From: Hemiscyllium ocellatum | Taxonomy: Eukaryota | Reading direction: 5' to 3' | Assembly: GCF_020745735.1 (NCBI RefSeq) | Contig: NC_083409.1 | Location: 73,552,048-73,616,047 of the forward strand | Length of the DNA stretch: 64,000 nucleotides | Part shown: piece by piece, positions 45,901-58,960 of the stretch | Layout of the letters: each line of letters starts with the position of its first letter | Position numbering within the stretch: the stretch's first letter is position 1 | Translations under genes and position numbers: made by a program | The notes under the pieces: model-generated | Database searches by the model: none | Told to the model about the DNA's origin: nothing | What the model saw: only the letters and a program-made list of their open reading frames with translations

Positions 45901-48244
45901 ACCCCAGGCAATATGCTGATGAATCTTTTCTGTACCTCCTCTAGTGCAATCACACCTTACATGTGGTAACCTTTAATCTATGCCAAACTGATAAAGGCAA
46001 ATGGTCCATAAGTTTTCCTGACCACCCATTAACCTGTCCTGACCCCTTAAGGGATTTGTGAACAGGCATCCAGAGATCACTCTCTTCTTCTGAGCTTCCT
46101 AGTCCCCTGCCATTCGTTGAGTAAACCATTGTCTTGTTACTTCTTCATTAGTGCATCACCCTCACACTTTTCAGAGTTAAATTTCATCTGCCACTGATCT
46201 GCCCATCTGATCAACCTGTGTATATCCTTCGGTAATCTAAGACCTTCTTCCTCACTGTCAACCACTCAGTCAATCTTCATATCATCCTCAAACCAAGTTA
46301 TCATTCCCCACATTTTCTTCAATTTTGTTTGTATATATCACAAGCAATAAGGGTCCTACAACTGATCCCTGTAGTATACTCCAGTCACAAAAACAGCCTT
46401 CTAACACCACCCTCTGTTTTCTACCACCAAACCAATTTTGGATCCAACTTGCCCGGATTCCATACCTTCTCATGTACATGTCTGATTATGAAAAACTCAA
46501 CCAAAAGTTTTTGGCATGATGTCCCTCTTACAAAGCCTTTCTGACTATTCTTGATTAAATCCTACCTCTCTAAGTGAAGATTATTTCTCTGCTTCAGATT
46601 ATTTTCTGTCATTGCTTCACTGTCGATGATGTGACACTTACTGGTCTGAATGTGTAAACTAGTGGAGAAAGAAATGACTACAAAGCTAGCAATGGTTGAT
46701 TATAAGAATAGTACAGTAATTTCCTTTCTGGTCAGGCATTGGCTACCTTCATCTGGTGCGCAGGTACTGGTGTTGGACTGGGGTGGACAAGGTCAGAAGT
46801 CACACAACACCAGGTTATAGTTTATTTGAATTTACAGACTTTTGGAGTGCTGTTCCTTTGTCATGTGAAGTGAAGAGAAGCACACAGGCACAGAATTTAC
46901 AAGGAGAGAAATCAAAAGACCATAGAAGTGGTGTGAGTGGAGTGTCGACAGGCTGAATAATAAGTCTCTGCAGGTGATCAAAAATGTCAGATACTATGAG
47001 TAAAGTGTCAACAGCTGAATAGCAAGTGAAAGGATGATCGATTAATTGAGGCAGAGAAATAATTACAAAAAACATTAAATAAGGTGGTATTGCAGACAAT
47101 TCAAATGGCTAGAATAACATGATAGATGTATGAGTTGCATTCTGAGAGTCTAACTAAAGTAACAAGTAACCTAACCTGCAAACTAATTAAGATAGGGAGA
47201 CTATAACAAGTTATCAAGGTGATAGTCTCAAAACACAACGGTAAGGAAGATTTTACAGATGCAGAACAGTATGGCAGGGTTATGTTACGCAACATGACTA
47301 CAAGCTCATGACTGAGGCCATCTTCATGGGTTTGTAACCCTGATATACTGTTCTGTGTCTGTAAAGCCTTCCTTACTGTCATTTTTTTGACACTATCACC
47401 TTGATAACTTATTATGATCTCTCTATCTTAATTTAGTTTGTACAGTTTGGATTGCTTGTTGTTTCGGTTAGACCTTCAACATGCAACTCTTACACCTATC
47501 ATGTTATTCCACTTACTTGGTTTGTCTCCAACACCACCTTATTTTTAATTTTTAATAATTATATCTCTGCCTCAATTGTTTGGATTATAGGTCATCCTTT
47601 CACTTGCTGTTCAGCTGTTGACACTTTACTCACACTGTCTGACAAGTTTGATCACCTGCAGCGACTTATTATTCAGCCTGTCAACACTACATTCACACCG
47701 CTTGTATGACCTTTTGATCTCTCTGCTTATAAATTCTGTGCCTGTGTGCTTTGCTTCACTTCATCTGATGAAGGAGTAGCACTCTGAAAGCTTGTGATTT
47801 CAAATAAACTTGTTGGACTATAACCTGGTGTTGTGTGACTTTTGACTTTATCTAGTGTGGCCTCTATGTTACTCCAGTTCGACACCAACGAGGTTGATTC
47901 TTAACTGCACTCTGAAGTGACCTTGGGGATATATCTTAATATTGTAGGTTAGTTTCCATTTTTCAAGGAGAAGAATGTGTTTTGGTGCTAGGAGCAGAAG
48001 AGAGGCTGTTTGCATTTAATGAATGTTTAAATGACTCACACTTATTACATTTTTCAAATAGGTCATCACAGAAGCCACAGACACAGAAGTCATTCTAAAT
48101 CACCTGAAAGGTATTATTAGTTTCAGACATTTTTTTTCTTATTAATTCCTATAGAATGATTGATTGTATTGTTTCTAATAACTTTCATACTGTATATTTA
48201 GATCAAAGAAGAGTCACAAGAAGAGCCGAAGAGGAAATGAATGA
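36835..48244 (+). CDS. PRPF38A: Pre-mRNA splicing factor 38A (spliced, 10 coding exons, 312 aa)
   Basis: join(36835-36964,38274-38433,38721-38842,39446-39531,41963-42073,42867-42979,43391-43417,43504-43601,48062-48110,48202-48244) = 939 nt. MANRTVKDAHSIHGTNPQYLIEKIIRTRIYESKYWKEECFGLT... with RS tail ending KKSHKKSRRGNE*. Confidence 0.97.
37195..37298 (-). mobile_element. solo PLE tail + HHR mini-element
   Basis: Reverse strand CTGAAGA AGTGAC CGTG GACCC GAAAC ATT plus GATGCTACCAGACCTG tail. Confidence 0.65.
38274..38433 (+). CDS. PRPF38A: PRPF38A coding exon 2
   Basis: ELVVDKAMELKYIGGVYGGNIKPSPFLCLTLKMLQIQPEKDIIVEFIKNEDF. Confidence 0.96.
38721..38842 (+). CDS. PRPF38A: PRPF38A coding exon 3
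   Basis: YVRLLGALYMRLTGSAIDCYKYLEPLYNDYRK. Confidence 0.96.
39446..39531 (+). CDS. PRPF38A: PRPF38A coding exon 4
   Basis: FELIHVDEFMDELLHEERVCDIILPRLQ. Confidence 0.96.
40204..40520 (+). mobile_element. HE1-like tRNA-derived SINE, full length
   Basis: GGCGGCACGGTGGCACAGTGGTTAGCA head, B-box GGTTCAATTCC, (AATCT)n tail. Confidence 0.88.
40578..41000 (-). mobile_element. PLE family B 3' end (single arm) with HHR
   Basis: Same tail as 35.7 kb and 46.8 kb; HHR at 40672-40706 (CTGCTGA core variant). Confidence 0.75.
41200..41318 (-). mobile_element. solo PLE family A tail truncated inside the HHR core
   Basis: TSD CTTGTCTGGCA (41189-41199, 41319-41329). Confidence 0.8.
41963..42073 (+). CDS. 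PRPF38A: PRPF38A coding exon 5
   Basis: KRYVLEEAEMLDARVSALEEDMDDV... Confidence 0.95.
42867..42979 (+). CDS. PRPF38A: PRPF38A coding exon 6
   Basis: GDRVPSPEPPRRGYRDLDRPRRSPSPRYRRSRS. Confidence 0.93.
43391..43417 (+). CDS. PRPF38A: PRPF38A coding exon 7 (27-nt microexon)
   Basis: RSRSPKRR; TTTTACAG acceptor and GTATGA donor. Confidence 0.88.
43504..43601 (+). CDS. PRPF38A: PRPF38A coding exon 8
   Basis: PSPRRERHRSKSPRRHRSRSRDRRHRSRSKSP. Confidence 0.93.
44398..45419. mobile_element. Penelope-like (Poseidon-type, family C) palindrome: two inverted GIY-YIG + HHR arms
   Basis: NVIYKIPC...IGQTGRKL.TRIHEH on both strands; 13-nt spacer 44916-44928; HHRs at 44474-44513(-) and 45344-45382(+); degenerate TSD AGAACATGAGTT / AGAACACAAGTT. 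Confidence 0.92.
44474..44513 (-). ncRNA. minimal hammerhead ribozyme motif (family C)
   Basis: CCA CTGAAGA CGTTACC TCGTAG GGTGAC GAAAC ATC TGG. Confidence 0.65.
45470..46650 (-). mobile_element. older CR1-like LINE fragment
   Basis: QGSVVGPLL, ALEEVQKRFISILPG, FTQRVVGIWNTL. Confidence 0.8.
46761..47849. mobile_element. PLE family B palindrome (~1.1 kb)
   Basis: Arms ~46790-47250 and ~47367-47849 are inverted. The loop encodes (on minus) LQTHEDGLSHEL, a PLE ORF-end-like motif. HHR in each arm. Confidence 0.85.
47761..47797 (+). ncRNA. minimal hammerhead ribozyme motif (family B), sense to PRPF38A
   Basis: TCAT CTGATGA AGGAGT AGC ACTCT GAAAGCTT GTGA. Confidence 0.68.
48062..48110 (+). CDS. 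PRPF38A: PRPF38A coding exon 9
   Basis: HHRSHRHRSHSKSPE. Confidence 0.93.
48202..48244 (+). CDS. PRPF38A: PRPF38A coding exon 10 (last)
   Basis: SKKSHKKSRRGNE*. Confidence 0.93.
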
Positions 48245-49879
48245 AGTTCCATCTAACCACAATTACACATTTCCATTGCATCTCAACACCTGTTTGTAGA
48301 TATAATTGAACTATCTTTGTTTCATGTTGACAAGTTTTTGTACTTTTTTGTTATGATTTTGAGATGCTATTTGCAACAATTCCATTTGACATATGAATTG
48401 CATCATAAAGCAGTTCTACATCTTTTGGGTTTGGGCAGAAGATTAATATTTCTGCTATTGTCTTGTGAATAGGAAGAAAATGGTATTGAATGATTTCTAA
48501 AGTAACTTTACAGTTTTTATTAGTGATTTTAGGTGATGTTTTGGTTATGAAATCTTAAGCAAGTTCATTGTTTCTTTAGTATATTTAATATACCTGATTA
48601 TTAAAAGCAATGGTTATACAAAGGCTCACTTGAGACACGGTATATTCTATTCTCATGTCTACAAATGTTAAATGTCAAAGTTCAGACAGTTTTGAGAACA
48701 AAGAACAAACATTGTGCAAAATATTGATGCCATTAATGTACATTAAAGCACATTAACAATTGTGAGGACTAGTTGACCATTCACAATACAGTTGTATCTC
48801 ATTGGAAAAATGCAGATTGAGAAAACAAGGAATCCTCTTATTTCTCTCTTGGGATATCAGAAGATACATTGTAATGTAGTTAACTGACAAATCAAAACTT
48901 TTTGTCGATGTATGAATATTAAACCTGTCCTAATGGCCACCTTTATATATTGAACAATGAGTGAAATCAGCAAATAAGTGATCATTTAAAATTTGAAACT
49001 GTTTTGTTCCTTTTTATTGTCTTATTTTGTCTCCATTTGCAGGGAAACGTTTTTCCTACTCGAGAAAATATCTACAGTTTTCCAGAGTTTTATCAAAGTC
49101 TTTTTAAACAGTGCAAGTGCATTGCCTCCCTCTAATAGTCTGCCCTAGCCTGAAGAATGGCAGTAACGTTCTCCATCTTAATAAATCAGCATACAAAAAT
49201 TTGAGAAAACAAACATTTTTACAGAGCATGATCATTGGGTAAACTGATGCACTTTACGGGAAATTAAATACTTTAAAATCCTAGGACCTGTTTCAGTGGC
49301 CAGAAAATGGAAACTAATTTACATACAGTGAGCTCCCACAATCATCAAAAATACAATTATCAAATTTTTGCAATGGTATTGGCTGAGCAGCCTTTTCTCT
49401 TCAAAATAGTGTAATGGGAACTTTCATATTTTCCTTAGGCAAGAGAAGGATCCTGTGTATTTTGTCTCATCTGAAAGACAGCATCTGTGACAAGATAATG
49501 CTCCCTGAGCAGTTACTGGAGTATCTAGATTGTGTTCAAATCTTTACAATGAGAGTTAATTACATGACATTCTTCAGATTGATAGAAGAAAACAGTGGAA
49601 AGAACTCAGCTGGCCTACAAAACCAGTCCTGTTAGAATTAAATATCATGATGCTAATGGCGGCCAAGGGAGACAGAAAATAAACTTGTAAAAGTGTATAC
49701 AAACTCAGGGAAATAGTTTTCTTGACAGTTCCTATCCAATCCCTTCTAATATCCTTGTGATAGGATTTTGTGTCTGTATGTAACTACGTTGGCAATGAAG
49801 TGCTTTGAAGTTGTGAAGATTCTTTGTAGATTTAAGTTTGTACTCAAACTCTAATAATAAATATGTAATAACAGAACAA

Positions 49880-50450
49880 TTGAGATGTGAGTGACTGCCT
49901 TTTGACATTAAGGCAGCAGTGGCAGCAAATTGCAAAACTGGAGTCCATGAACGTCTGGAGGGAAACTCCCTGCAGAGTGCAGTCATTCCTAGCCAAAGAA
50001 AGATGATGGTGGTTGTTGGAGGCCTATCATCTATGTCTAAGTGCTTCACTGCAGGAATTCTTAACATACAATTTCCCCAGTTGCTTTATCAATAACTGTC
50101 CCATAATCATAGTGGGGATATAAGCTGATGATTGTGCACTGCTCATACTATTTGTGATGGCTCAATATTGATGTAATGTGTGTCCAAAATCTGGACAATA
50201 TCCTGGCTTGAGCTGATAACATTCAATAAAATTCACGGCACATGAGTGCCAGACAATGACCAACTCCAACAAATGAGAATCTAACCATTGCCACTTGATA
50301 TTTAATGGCATTATGTCTGGGACTCCCTAATAGCACCATGGGTGTCTCTACACCTTGATGAAGGCAGTTCACAACCACTTTGTCCAGAGCAATTAGGGAT
50401 AATCATTAAATGCTAGCCCAGCCAGTGATGCTCGCATCCCATTCGCAAAA
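49880..50450 (+). mobile_element. old degenerate LINE fragment
   Basis: Resembles 5466-6350 (FINN.., ADDC.., 3' tail GCAATTAGGGAT...AAATGCT). Confidence 0.5.
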
Positions 50451-52029
50451 TAGAAAAACTGTTGAATATGGTACAAGAGTATATGAAATGAATCTGCTGT
50501 GACATAATTTGTTTTTACAGTAAATTTGATGTATGTGATTAGAATAACATGTATTAGGTTGAAGTAGTGGAATTTTTAGTGACCATAATCTATGCTATTA
50601 GAAATCTGGTGTGTATGTGGCCTCCCCTTTCTTTCATTGTCTGCATTTGTGTAAGTAATGCATCATGAGTTTTCATTTTTATCTTGTTACAATATCAAGA
50701 GTGTTGTGATAAATAAGGTCAAAGATTTAGTAATAACAGAATGACCCATTCAAAACAAAAAAAAGAAACCCAACATTTTTTTGTGACTAATGCAGTTTAA
50801 ATCATTTATTAAAATTTCCAAAATAATGCCACTTGTATTTGAGTTCCTTAATCAATTTAAGATGATTGATACATAAAATAACAAAGTGCTGCAATTTTGC
50901 ATCAGATACTACACCAAACTTTACAGTTGTCTCAATTTTTAAGGAAGCCTTTCATAATCTACAATTCATCCCCTCCACCTTGTATATGCTAAGCATCAGA
51001 CTGAAATTCAGAATGTGGATGGCTTTTTAGCTTTGCAGAAAAGAAAATACTTTTTTCTTCTAGGTTTTAATTACCATTAAAACACATTGCTAACAGAAAA
51101 GTAATATATCCTGCAGCATCAGTAGACAGAGAAACAGATTTAATACTGTTAAGAACAGAGTTAACAGAGTCAATGACCTTTCATCAGATCTTAATGATAG
51201 TTGCCACCTTCTATCAACACAACATTCTCTGCTGAACTGCTGTTCTAACACCTGATCTGTATTTGTGCATTTAACATGTTCTGGGGAACTGGATATTGTT
51301 GTTTGTAGTCAATTTTCCAATTTTCTCAGCACTGCTTCAGACCAACCTTCACCTCGTATCTGCTGATACTCTGTGCCTTTAAGTTAACAAAGCCATGTTA
51401 CTTCAAGGTTTCTCAATCTTCACTCTGGTCCTGGCTAAGCACCTTTCTGTCTAGATTATATCCTACTTTGTTCTAGGAGACTCAGTGCCACCGAGTATGA
51501 CTATTGCATAAAGCTGCTGATCATGAATTTACTTTCTGGATCTCATGATGGAAAATGTTGTAAATTGTGACCTCAGGTACTAGCTCCCTCCTTTAAAATT
51601 TATTATCCTATCTTAGAACACCCACCATTATAAACTACTGCACAACTTCCAGTTTCTCATTTCTTGGAGTTTTGTCAGTTTCCAAATCTGTGCCCTTTGT
51701 GCCATTGCATATTTGAGTTTCTGCAATAAAGTTTCCATTTTTCATGAAGTAGTAATATGTTATTAATATTACCTTAATCCGTCCAAATTACATTCTAGTG
51801 AACAACGACTGTTGTATCTCAAACTTCAGCTTTTGACATCATGATGTTCCAATGCCTCTTGTCTAATGTCTAACATGGTTTCACACTTGACTGTTAATGT
51901 TAGTAGCAGTCATTCAGAATCGAGAATGATGTCTCACAAGTTGGCTGAGTCTTCAGATGACTTGAGGAGCCCTATTATGGATCCACTTTTTTTTCTGCAA
52001 TGGAGGTACATTGAGTGAATGAGATGGAT

Positions 52030-52760
52030 TCCTTCATCCTCTGCTTCCACCGTTCCACCTAATGGTCAGTTCATTGAAATTTGAATTGGTTTCTGCTGTG
52101 AGGGATCAAGAGGTGCCATGCTGAATAGCTGACAGCTTTTTCCTCTTGTTGCTGATGTTAATGCCTCTGTGTTTTAGGATAACCGTGTGGGTATTATTGC
52201 ATCTACTTTCAGCTACCCTTTGGTGTTGCCAGTGACAAGTGGGAGAAAGAAACTAAGGGAGGTGGATTTTGGATATCCAAACGCAATGACCATCTCTTGG
52301 AGTTGGTTCTTCAGGAGCAAAACTTCAATATCAGTATGTACACCTTCATGGAGGATGCTGAATTTGATCTGGCGGTTTTCTATTTAATGTACAGGATTTG
52401 ATATAGGTACCATTGGTGGAAGATTTCAAGGGTGCTGATGTGACACTGGTAACCAATAAAGTTTTACTGCAGTAAAGGTGGGTGGTCAATGCAATAGCCT
52501 ATAGACCAAGTCCTTTGTTGACATCTATTGCAGCTTGAGTAAGGTAGTGCTGGCACAATTGACAGTGCTGGCCTTCATTAATGGTTGTCCCTTGGGAGAC
52601 GTGATTGGCGAAATATGGGAAATTCTGTACATATTCCAGAGCATCCATCTATGTAAACGATGCATGGGATGTTCTACTGGCCAGGGAAAGTTGGAGACCT
52701 TCCCACCTTGACAATAATAGATGCTGACACTGGTTAATTGGTCATTTCGGATGAGGTGGA
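52030..52760 (-). mobile_element. degenerate LINE fragment (possibly RTE-like)
   Basis: Decayed C-terminal ORF2-like text on the minus strand; family uncertain. Confidence 0.4.
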
Positions 52761-52778
52761 TTATATTGCTCAGGTAGA

Positions 52779-54773
52779 TAGAACATAGAACACAGCACAG
52801 AACAGGCCCTTCAGCCCACTATGTTGTGCCAACCATTGATCCTCATGTAAGGTAAACCTAATGTATGAACTCTCAAATTTCTGTGACCATATGCATGTCC
52901 AGCAGTCTCTATATCCCCAATGACCGCGCTTCCACAACTGCTGCTGGCAATGCATTCCATGCTCTCACAACTCTCTGCAAAAAGAACCCGCCTCTGACAT
53001 ACGACCAAACAGCTTAAAACTATGATCTCTCATGTTAACAATTTCTGCCCTGGGAAAAAGTTTCTCGCTATCAACTCTATCTATGTCTTTCATTATCTTG
53101 TACACCTCAATTAGGTCCCCACTCTTCCTTTCTTCCAATGAAAAATGTCCGAGCTCAGTCAACCTCTCTTCGTAAGATAAGCCCTCCATTCCAGGCAGCA
53201 TCCTGGTAAAGCTCTCTGAACCCTCTCCATAGCATCCACATCTTTCCTATAATAGGGTGACCAGAACTGGACACAGTATTCCAAGTGCAGTCTAACCAAA
53301 GTTTTATAGAGCTGCAACAAGGTCTTACAGCTCTTAAACTCAATCCGCCTGGTACTGAAAGCCAAAACACTATATGCTTTCTTAACAACCCTGTCCACCT
53401 GGGTGGCAATTTTAAGGGATCTATGTACCTGCACACCAAGATCCCTCTGTTCCTCCACACTGCCAAGAATCCTGTCTTTAATCCTGTATTCAACTTTCAT
53501 GTTCGACTTTCCAAAATGCATCACTTTGCATTTATTCAGGTTGAACTCCATCTGCCACCTCTTAGTCCATCTCTGCATCCTGTCAATGTCATTCTGCAGC
53601 CTACAACAGTCCTCTATACTGTCAACGACACCTCCAACCTTTGTGTCGTCTGCAAATTTGCTAACCCATCCTCAATCTCCTCATCCAAGTCATTAATAAA
53701 AATTACAAAGGGTAGAGGCCCAAGAACAGAGCCCTGTGGAACACCACTCACCACTGACTTCCAGGTAGAATATTTTCCTTCCATTACCACTTGCTGTCTT
53801 CTGTCGACCAGCCAATTCTGTATCCAGACAGCTAAATTTCCCTGTATACCATTCCTCCTGTCCTTCTGAACAAGCCTACCATGGCTTATCAAATGCCTTG
53901 CTGAAATCCATATACACCGCAACCAATGCTTGACACTCATCAACTTGTCTAGTAACATCCTCAAAGAACTCAATAAGATTTGTGAGGCAGGACCTGCCCC
54001 TCACAAAGCCGTGCTGACTGCATTCAATCAAGCCATGCTCTTCCAGATGGTCATAAACCCTATCCCACAGAATCCTTTCTAAAACCTTGCAGATGACAGA
54101 TGTGAGACTGACTGGTCTGTAATTGCCAGATTTCCCTATTTTCTTTCTTGAAAAGAGGAATTACATTTGCCTCCCTCCAATCCTCAGGTACGACTCCGGT
54201 GGAGAGCGAGGATGCAAAGATCTTTGCAAGCAGCGAAGCAGTCACATTTCTCGCTTCCCAAAGCAGCCGAGGACAAATCTGGTCTGGCTCTGGCAACTTG
54301 TCAATCTTAATGTTTGTCAATCAGCTTCCTCAATCTCTATCTGTTCCAGCATGCTTACCTGCTCCTCAATGGTTTTATTCACTACAAGGTCCTTTTCTTT
54401 AGTAAAGACAGAAGCAAAAAACCCATTTAGGACTTCCCCTACCTCCTCAGACTCTATACACAATTTCCCTATGCTATCCCTGATCGGCCCTACTCTTTCT
54501 TTGATCATTTTCTTATTCCTCACATAGGTGTAAAATGCCTTTGGATTTTCCCTAATCCTTCCTGTTAAGCCTTTTTCGTGCCCATTCCTGGCTCTCCTCA
54601 GACCATTTCTGAGCTCCTTCCTCGCCTGCCTGTAATCCTCTAGAGCTGAGCAAGACCCTTGCTTCCTCCACCTTACGTAAGCTGCCTTCTTTCTTTTGAC
54701 GAGAAGCTCCTCTGCAATCATCATCCCAGGTTCCTTTATCTTACCCCTTCTTGCCTGTCTCAGAGGAACAAAG
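52779..54773 (-). mobile_element. CR1 LINE, 5'-truncated (~2 kb)
   Basis: ENPKAFYTYV, VPEDWREANVIPLFKK, GVPQGSVLGP, LYKTLVRLHLEYCVQFWSP; (TTCTATG)n tail. Confidence 0.92.
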
Positions 54774-57700
54774 TGAGAGGACATAATCATATAACCTCAT
54801 TTAATCCAGCTCTGGATGTTAAATGTGTTAATTTCAAATCCTCCATTCAGGGTAGTGCGGCCATATTGTCATGTCATGTAATCTTAGGATGATGACAAAC
54901 TTCAACAGGCAATCAAAAAACAGAGGGTGATTCAGAGTTTCTCTGAAATTTTTAGTCTCCCTTTCCTTGAAATTTGTCATCTTCTAGATCGATGCCCATT
55001 GCTTTTGGCATTTAATTTCTTCAATTAAACCTCCATTCTATCTACTGTATTACTATTGCCATATAGATAAATTACATCCTAGTGACTGGCAACCATTCTT
55101 TCTCAATATCATTGCAGCTTTTGGATCCTGTTCAAATATCTCTTCTCTAAACTCCAGCTTTGTTCCATTATTAACTATTGTAGCCAGAGAATGTCCAGTA
55201 ATAGTGCTTTCTGCCTCATATCATTCATGAGTGTGCACCAAGAATCCATGTTTGCCTGCTCCTTGCTTCCTTGCCTGACATCCAAGCCTGACTGATCTGT
55301 AATTTTGTTTTAGGTAAACATTAGAAAGACATCTACTTCAGTTTTTATTATAATCCCTGCACACTTGCCAAGGATGTAATCTCTTCATGACTTTGCAGTT
55401 CTATTTTACTTGGAACTGAAATTTGGTATACACATTCTTGTTATCTTGAGACAAAACCTGTCATGTCTGTAATGTTGTTTCTGCAATGGGCAGTTTAATT
55501 TGTTACTGAAACTTAACATCTATTACTTTGTTACCTCCAGAATAAATATTCCAAAGCCCTCCTGTTTAGTATTTTGCCCGTAAACCTAAACCCCTCTAAA
55601 ATTTTCTTGCCTGCAATAAATTCTGCTCATAAATCACCTTAACACTCACTGGTCTACATTGACTCCCAGGCCCACACCAGATTTAATATTCTAATCTTTG
55701 CATGTACATCTCTTTATGACCTTTGTCTTCCTCATTGTTTGTTACCTCTCTCAAACTCTACATTCTCTGTATTCCAGGAAAGCAGTCTTATACTCCTCAC
55801 ATTGGCCACTGCATCTTCAGTTGCTATAGTCGACATGAAAGCAGAGTTAGTTAAATTGAACAAATTAGGATATTTCAGAAAACACAGAAAAGATATATTT
55901 CAATGAGGAAGAAAATTAATGAAAAATGTTAAATATATCAAATTTAAGGAAAAAGTATATAATTATGCTCAGATGGGTGGCAAGTCAGAAGACTGGATAA
56001 AATGTAAAGCAGAGTGTCTGAAAATAAAGAAAAAATTAAGTAAATGAAAAAGCGAGGTGGAAATATAAGAAATTAGTTTCTATAGTTTTTTTTAATTTAC
56101 AAAGTGAGTATTGGTTCCATTACAAGTTAGTCTGGGAAATTAATAATAGACAATAAGAAAATTGTATTGGACAGCTATTCTGCTTCAACCCTCGCTATCT
56201 TTTCGGCCAGAGAACATTGAATCTATTATTTAAAGCACATACTTGCATTCTAGCCATTTGAGCTGAGCATTAGGAAGGGGGCCATTACTGTACTTATAAA
56301 ACGTCGTTGTAGAAATAAATGGTTGGGAATGTTGAAGATTCATCTGGAATATTATAAACTACAGTGACACAAATTACCATATTCAGTTTCACTATCATTG
56401 TGGTCAATTGTCCAAATGGACTAACAGGTAGAAGAGATGAGGATAAAACTTTAAATAATTTGGGATAAAATTAGTTTGTTGCAATGTATGGAAAAGGATG
56501 GTATGTATAACATTCCTCAGCCCCAAGCAAGATCTGATCTTATAATAAAATTACTATAAACACTTAAAGCTGATCCCCAGGTTACAGTTAAAAGTACAAT
56601 AAAAACTTTTCTCAGAATTAGGGCTTGCTTTTTTGTGAGTGAAAAGAGATCATAGTAGGAAGATACAAAGATGAGTGATGTGTGCATGTCTGATGGTTGA
56701 AAGTGCTCAGGCTTTTAAATATTCATATCTTCCCTGATAACTCCCTCAGTATTCTTCTTTATGTTCTCCATGACCTTCAAAAAGGGAACTGACGAATAAT
56801 TTCAAGATTCTAGCACCCTTCAAATAAGAGTGATTAGGGGGCAAGTGCTTATAATAGTAAAACAGTTTTGGAAGATCTTAAGCAACTTCAAGCTGGGAAC
56901 ACTGCTTTTAGGATTCTCAATATGAGGTAGTGTTACAGTTAGATTGGAAGGGGTTACAGCAGATTGGTTCGATTTTACAATTCTCAGGAAAAGCACCAAT
57001 CAATATGTTTATCTCAAAAAAGGCATTAAATAGTTAAAACCTATCAAGTCTTATTATCAATAATACTTGGTGCTGTCAAACTGACTAACTATAACACTCT
57101 GAAAACCTACAAACTAGCAAATTAAAAGGGAAGATTGTAGCTTAAGTGATCACATGCTGAGAAATTATGTTATTTTTTTCATAAGACTTTCTTTCAGCAA
57201 GTGTCTCGTGGTAGTCTGGAGGGTGCCAGAAGTTGTGGCAGTAAATCAATTTTTGGATCTAATGTAGGATGTGCATTCCTGGTTCAAGATTTATGTACAA
57301 GCAGATAAACAATTTAAAGAATTGTCCCTCCTTATAAGATGCATTTGTCCACCAAGCTATCCATTGTTGCAAATTCTATTTGACATATTAATAATGTAAG
57401 TGTTGCATTTTCCCCAGTCCTTTTCAGAAGAACTGTGCTGTTTCAGTTGTTGAAGATATTCAGTTGTTTACATGTTCATCAGATCTAATCGTTGCATTTT
57501 AACTAATGAATGAATTTTTTTGATAAGATTAAATAAGTTGTATTTCAATGGTGCTTTTTATGTACTCAATGTGCGTCATAACCATTGTGCACAAGGGGCC
57601 ACAAAGAAACTGAGTTAAATGGCCAGATAATTTGTTTTAGCTGGTGATTGAGTGATAGAATTTGGTTAGGACAGCGAAATGTTTCTGATTGCATCTTTTA

Positions 57701-58759
57701 TAGGGCAATGGGCCTTTCAAAATCCATCTCTGAGGGATAGCCACAGCCCACTTTTCAACATTTATCATACTCCAGAACAAGAAAATGCTTGAAGGAATTA
57801 TTTTTATCTATTTTTAAATGGGATTATGGGATATCAGTGTTATAAGCAAAACCAGCATTTGTTGCCTATGCCTAACTGATCTTGAACTGAGTGGCTTGCG
57901 AGACTAAACCTTAATGCCAAGTTAACTACATCTACAGCCAGACATGGTAATGATGGCGGATTCTCTTCCCTAAAGGACATTAGTGAAATAGATAAACTTT
58001 TATGATAAATTGTGATAGTTGGGGGTTATACTGGGGACATCAACATGGCCTTATTAAATGTGGTTATGTTTTAAAATGTAATTCTAAGTTAATTAGATGG
58101 AAAGATCATTACAGAGTCAACTTAGACTTCAAAAAGTGTTTGGTAATGGATCATTTTCTATAAGATTAAACTTTGAGATTAGCTGTAATGAATTGAATTG
58201 AGAACTGATTGACAGAATGTAAGAAAAGTTCTAAATGGTTTTAGGTCTGTTTTAAGACCAATCATTAATTTTGTTCAGTGTTCAAACTACTCTATATTGT
58301 TTTTTATCAGTATAGCTGTTAGGAACATGATCAACAAATTAGCAGATGATATAAACATCTGAGAGTGTACTAGAGCCATGCATGAGAGTAGGATGGATAT
58401 TCAACACTCATACATCTTCCAGGGAAAAGCATTATATGTAGAGAAGGACAGAAACTTTGTCCTTCCGGAGCATAAATCTTTAAATGCACATGAACAAATC
58501 TGTGAAGCAATAATGAATAGGCAATAACAAACACAAACAAGATGCATTCATTGAACAATTGATTCCAAAGCAAGGAATATAATAATGTCCTGGACAAGAA
58601 ATTGGCCAGGCTTCACTTGGAATATAATTTCCAGTTTTGATCTTCTCAACTACAGTTACAGGCAGGAAATGATCAGTTGATCTAGAAAGCCTACACCAAA
58701 CCATTGTGATGATTGTAATTGAAAGACTTCTTTTTGTAACTCTAACAGCCATACAATAA

Positions 58760-58960
58760 AGGTTTGTGTAAAGATTTTTAGCTTGGGTATCAGTTGCAGT
58801 TGTTGTGGGTATGTTCGCCCGGTTTGGAATTTGGTTTGCAAATGTTTTGTCCCCTTTCTAGGAGACATCCTCAGTGCTGTGGAGCCTCCTGTGAAGCGCT
58901 GCTGTACTGTGTTGTTGGAATTTATTTGGTTTCGTTCTCGCTGCTTCCGGTAACCAGCTG
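58760..58960 (-). mobile_element. PLE family C-related 3' end with HHR
   Basis: GCA CTGAGGA TGTCTCC TAGAA AGGGGAC AAAAC ATT TGC at 58838-58877; tail similar to 44398-44480. Confidence 0.65.

Noticed and set aside
50790-50830. minus-strand AATAAA that might mark a distal TUT4 3' end
   Set aside because: About 10 kb from the stop in AT-rich DNA; not distinguishable from chance without transcript data.
53285-53869. 194-aa plus-strand ORF, and similar ORFs over CR1 copies
   Set aside because: Antisense to CR1 ORF2; not independent genes.
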